Shown: piece by piece, positions 59,658 through 64,000 of the stretch
Layout: each line of letters starts with the position of its first letter
Position numbering within the stretch: the first letter of the stretch is position 1
Assembly: GCA_010093605.1 (NCBI GenBank)
Contig: MU004181.1
Location: 1,364,001-1,428,000, forward strand
Origin: Lophium mytilinum
Lineage: Eukaryota
Reading direction: 5' to 3'
Length of the DNA stretch: 64,000 nt
Program-made: the position numbers and the translations under genes
Notes under the pieces: model-generated
Told to the model about the DNA's origin: nothing
Database searches by the model: none
Seen by the model: the letters and a program-made list of their open reading frames with translations, nothing else

Positions 59658-60789
59658 AGCTAGAGCTGCGCAGAGGCAGATATAGCAACGGCTAAATGAT
59701 AGGTCGGCTCAGGTGCATAGGACGGAGGCGAAGGCCGGGGCGGATGGGATTCAAGAATGACGGTAGAGTGGCATTCTGGTGGAGAGACACCGGGGATGTG
59801 GGGTGCTTTGGGCACGTGGAGCGCATAAAGAAAGGCCCGGTGATGCAGGCACGTTGCACGAACAGGCGCCAAGAAGGGTCGATCGCATCCATTGCCTGGG
59901 TCTCGCTCTCCGCTGGCTCGAGCCAAGAGGGTCCGGGCAGCAGCTGACAGCGGAGCGGAGAATAACGAAGCAGGCTCCAGGCGGATGGCGATGCGAGGCG
60001 ATGCGAGGCGAGGAGGGATGGTGTTGAGTGCCCAGTGCTGGCGGGTGTGATTGCCAGTGCATCCGGCGGCCTATTCCCAGCGCTGCCCAGCGGCCCCTGC
60101 GCCGGAATATTGGGAATAGAGGCGGGAGGATGGGGCATAGCGGCGGCAGCATCGGGAATAGCTGCTGTGAAGGATCGTCTCTCGGTAGCCAGGAGGTCTG
60201 CGCGCGCCCCGTGCAGTCTTCGAGGGTCCTGAACACCCTCCGCCGTTTCAGCAACCTCCTCCACTGTGCCTCTCAATTCCTCAACCGCCCGTCTCTCCTT
60301 CGTCCTCTTCTTCCTCCTCTCTCCGCCAGGCCATGGCCCCCACGCTCCTTTGATCTGTCGCTCTTTCCGCCCGGCCTCGTGCCATACCACACTCGTTACC
60401 TCGCTAGAGCCCTGCATCGAGCGTTTCCGGCCAGCTTCTGCCACAGCATTCCAGACGAGACACGGCCGCCCGTTCGCGGTCCCCGGCGCTTCATGCTCGC
60501 ATTGGCATCGCTGCATCGATCGAACCGGCTTTGCGCCAGTCCTGACTTGTCACCGTTTTCTTATCATCGCGTACTATATTAGCCGTGTCCAGTTCCCCTC
60601 GAGTTTACCGCACGGAGACGCCCCCGCCAGACCGGCATATACCACCAGCAATTGCCTCGCCACGCTTCTAAAGCTCCACTTCTGCTGCTACGCACTCCCG
60701 CTGACGTCGTCCATTTCCCTGTTTGACCCTGTTGTATTGTAAAATTATATGTTTCGCGAATCCTCGTGATCCTCCCCGGCTGATCTGCC

Positions 60790-63330
60790 ATGGCCACCGA
60801 CGAGAATGAGAACCCGGCCAGCTTGGGTGCTCGGCGCAACAAGAGTCTTCCGCCTATCCAAACGAACTTCGTCAAAGATGCTCCCCCAGCTTCCCGTTGG
60901 CGCCGCGCCCGCCCGTCTATAATGGATCAATCGCGTGTACCCTTGAGCCCTGCTCCCTTACCAAAGCCTGTGCCGACGAAACCTGTTCTGAAGCTTGAGA
61001 AGCGGCAGTCTAAGATGTCTCTATTCAATCTCTTCAGTCGTCCCAATGTGGAGAAAGCGAGAGGCCACCACGAGTCCGGTCTTGCAGTGCCCATGGAGTC
61101 ACCAACCTCGCCTTTGCCAAGTCCCCCACCTAAGCCACCCTCACGGCATATTCCAGTCACTCCAGCACCTGCTCGACCTCCGGAGCGGACGCTGTCCAAG
61201 TCGCAGAAAGGTTCCACAGTCAAACGTTCACGACAACCAATCAATTGGGACCCCCCGCCACTCTTCCAGGCCTATCCTCAATCAATCAAGCATGCGACCT
61301 TGCAGGCTTGCACAGCATCTCCAGATGCTCTCATCCGCTCACATAGTCAACGACAGGTGTACCAAGCGCAGCAGCAGAAGCTTGAAAGCAAACAAGACCT
61401 TTCGGTGCTCGAAGGAGATACAGACATGAAGAAGCTTGACAAAGGGAAAGCCGCCCATAAAAGACTAGTGTCCGCTTCTATTATGAACCCACCCGACCTA
61501 ACTACTAAGGTCTACGTTTTGGTTACATCAGGGTATGTACTGCAATACGCCGGCGAGGGCCCCTCGGACCGACTTCCAGAGAAGATTCTACAGTTAGGAA
61601 CGGAGTCAGCCGCATTTGCCTGCGATCTTATCCCGGGGAAACACTGGGTGCTTCAGATATCCCAATCCGCGAAGGAGGATGGGACGGTGTCATCGTTCCC
61701 CGCCAAATCTCTGTTGTCACGCCTACGGCTACCAAACTCCGGGGCGAAGAGGACTGCCTCGAGCTTCTTTTTGATCATGGAAAGTGCCGAAGAGATGGAT
61801 ACTTGGCTCACAGCGGTGCGAAGAGAAATTGATACGTTAGGGGGGATGAAATGCAGGACAGAATCCGATCCTCCTCCCATCACGGAACCTGCTATAGAGA
61901 CAGGGCTGCGACACCGACCCAGCCATCGCTATATGGTTCATCGGGATCCCAATCGCTTTGGAAATGGCCAGTCTCCCGCTACCTCTCCCTTCCAATCACC
62001 TATCGATTCGCCTATCATCGTGGCTCAAGATTGGGAAGGCAGCCGTCATCGAAAGCCGGCAAACAGTTCCGATAGTACTTCTGTCCATTCTTCGAGGCAG
62101 ACATCCGTGAGACAATCCACAGAGGCGTCTTCGATTGCTACCACCATCACTTCGAATGACCAGCTTCAACTAAATCAATTGCGGGAAAGCTCGAGACTTT
62201 CCTATATCTCAACTGGCACTTCGGGCACTGGAACGATGACGGTGACTACGTCTCGTGGATCCTCGCCCGCAACCTCTCCTCGTGTTGATTCTTTCCAAAA
62301 AGTCGAATCGGAGGCCCCTCGAGCAGCCACCTCTTTGAGATCATTTCATATGAGTCCTAACTCTATGTCCAACAGGAGGCGATCCATGCAGACTTTGCCA
62401 ACAACAAATGAAGATCATTCATCTTCGACTAACCCCCGTGTCAGACCCCAACGACACTCCACTTGGGGGCCTCGGCAAGACTACAATCAGCAAAACGTGC
62501 ATGTACCAACCAATGAGGGCCATTTACTCTCAACAAACACTCCGGCGAGACCTCAGCGGCATTCAATTTGGGAAGCCCCGCCAGGTCACAACCAGAAAGA
62601 CGTGCATATTCCTGCGTCTGCTTATTTCGACCGCTACCGAAGTAACACTAATATCCCTCCTATGAAATCTAACCCTGCCACAAGGAGTTCAAGTGCACCA
62701 CCAGTCAGACAAGCCTCGCTACCGCCCCCGCCGGAGTCTCCGATCATTGGTAGCATTCGACCCCAATCTCAAATTGGAGGTCTCCCAACAATATTCACTA
62801 CATCTGCTCAATCCTCCAACCGCCTATCTGCAACGCCGAAACCTTTCTTTCGGCCACTACCGATCCGAACGCAGGACGCTTCTGGGTCAGTCGTTATCCC
62901 GCGACGACTCTCGTCCCTGGGACCTCCCCCTGCATCTATTGCTGCCGCAATATCTCGTTCCGTTTCCACGCCAAACATGCTCTTACCTTCCTCCTCTTCT
63001 ACCCCCCCAGCACAACTTTCTCAGCCCCCGCCCCAGTCGCTCCGCCGCCCGACAAGCATGCAGATCCGCGCCGATCGTGCCCCGTTTCTATCTTCTTCAA
63101 GACCTACTGCTGCCGCGTACAACCGTTCCGTGGCCACTACTACATCTTACCCTTCCGCCAATCGATCCTCCTCAAGTCTTGGCATTCACTCTGCTGCATC
63201 TCTCTCAGTATCTCGCTCTCGCGTCCAAAATCGGAAGTCGATGCCTGTGATAAGTCTTCCACCACCAGCTCCACCACCAAATATGCCTTTACCGCCACCT
63301 CCTCCAGTAGCACCGGCCGTCCGAGTATGA
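60790..63330 (+). CDS. PH-domain protein with long Ser/Pro-rich tail (846 aa, single exon)
   Basis: WDPPPLFQAYPQSIKHATL; KVYVLVTSGYVLQYAGEGPSDRLPEKILQLG..AFACDLIPGKHWVLQI..ESAEEMDTWLTAVRREI (PH-fold C-terminal helix); C-terminal PPPAPPPNMPLPPPP. Confidence 0.85.
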   Translation: MATDENENPASLGARRNKSLPPIQTNFVKDAPPASRWRRARPSIMDQSRVPLSPAPLPKPVPTKPVLKLEKRQSKMSLFNLFSRPNVEKARGHHESGLAVPMESPTSPLPSPPPKPPSRHIPVTPAPARPPERTLSKSQKGSTVKRSRQPINWDPPPLFQAYPQSIKHATLQACTASPDALIRSHSQRQVYQAQQQKLESKQDLSVLEGDTDMKKLDKGKAAHKRLVSASIMNPPDLTTKVYVLVTSGYVLQYAGEGPSDRLPEKILQLGTESAAFACDLIPGKHWVLQISQSAKEDGTVSSFPAKSLLSRLRLPNSGAKRTASSFFLIMESAEEMDTWLTAVRREIDTLGGMKCRTESDPPPITEPAIETGLRHRPSHRYMVHRDPNRFGNGQSPATSPFQSPIDSPIIVAQDWEGSRHRKPANSSDSTSVHSSRQTSVRQSTEASSIATTITSNDQLQLNQLRESSRLSYISTGTSGTGTMTVTTSRGSSPATSPRVDSFQKVESEAPRAATSLRSFHMSPNSMSNRRRSMQTLPTTNEDHSSSTNPRVRPQRHSTWGPRQDYNQQNVHVPTNEGHLLSTNTPARPQRHSIWEAPPGHNQKDVHIPASAYFDRYRSNTNIPPMKSNPATRSSSAPPVRQASLPPPPESPIIGSIRPQSQIGGLPTIFTTSAQSSNRLSATPKPFFRPLPIRTQDASGSVVIPRRLSSLGPPPASIAAAISRSVSTPNMLLPSSSSTPPAQLSQPPPQSLRRPTSMQIRADRAPFLSSSRPTAAAYNRSVATTTSYPSANRSSSSLGIHSAASLSVSRSRVQNRKSMPVISLPPPAPPPNMPLPPPPPVAPAVRV

Positions 63331-64000
63331 TCTACCCAAGTGTAATCGACTATTTCTAGCTTTGTACAGCTGTAAAAGTTTTTCCTTCTCGCCATTTTCC
63401 ATTTACCATTTGTTCATCTCTAAGGCGTTAACGTGAAGGCGAAGCATGGAGAAAGGTACGGCTCATAAGACGCAACCTGCCGCGTCCTTTAATGTATTTA
63501 CGTTTCAGCTGAGGACTGGCTGACTTTCCTTTCTGATTTGGGGTTCTGTCATGTTTCTTGCATTATACCACTTTGATCAATTCAGATCATCTGGACCAGA
63601 AATTCTGCGTCGCCTAGGGGTCAACCCTCTTCGTACTCTTTCAGAGTGTTCTTCTTCAGCGTCATGCGCTAGTATCGATTACGTCTTCGCACTTACGATA
63701 TCGCTAATATCCAAAAAATTGCTTCGTTTTTTTTTTGGCTGTTTCTATACGGATGGCGTAGGCAGCTCTATGGCAAGGATGGCATGGCGATGTATGATAG
63801 ACGGAATCTCAAATACAAAGTGACTAATTGCCAATCCTGAATGAACTCTGCGGGTAAAATCTTAAGTAATATGTCGACAGCAATCGGCTCATCTGGACTG
63901 CGCATCAAAGCCTCCTTTTCTTGGAGCAGCATCACAGACCGGTGAACGAAAACCAAAAGCTAGCATGATTGACAAAAAGATTTGCCAGTCACTTCACCTA

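Noticed and set aside
59660..60790. 274-aa minus-strand and 158-184-aa plus-strand ORFs, and a short GGCGATGCGA tandem repeat
   Set aside because: GC-rich divergent promoter/5'-UTR region between two real genes; the ORFs look spurious and the repeat is trivial.

Overview
Gene-dense, intron-containing DNA from a filamentous ascomycete, probably a Dothideomycete (inferred from short GT..AG introns with CTRAC/CTAAY branch points and from the gene families present). I can support about 23 protein-coding loci. Conserved housekeeping blocks are NOP16, a hexose transporter, an NmrA-like protein, a FAM214/DUF4210 protein, FYV7, SPO71, a long coiled-coil protein, SPC24, FIS1, an RNF126-like RING E3, a secreted S41 peptidase, O-GlcNAc transferase and a PH-domain protein. 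They flank an accessory-looking island at about 14.9-28.4 kb. The main observation is in that island: three divergent homologues of one domain family I cannot name. Two are intronless tandem genes on the minus strand (one with a CUE-like domain). The third is a divergently transcribed, intron-containing gene that the ORF track splits and that is recognisable only after splicing. The cluster is flanked by an ARF-like GTPase lacking Gly2 and the catalytic Gln, a TpA-rich RIP-like scar and an F-box-like gene. Other notable items: an ankyrin gene whose 5' half is decayed while an apparent insertion supplies a new TATA and in-frame ATG to the intact 3' half; a coding-like in-frame extension after the stop of the coiled-coil gene; and canonical intron signals in an intergenic region upstream of OGT. 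No tRNA, rRNA, CRISPR or intact transposon was recognised. All family calls come from motif recognition by eye, not database searches.
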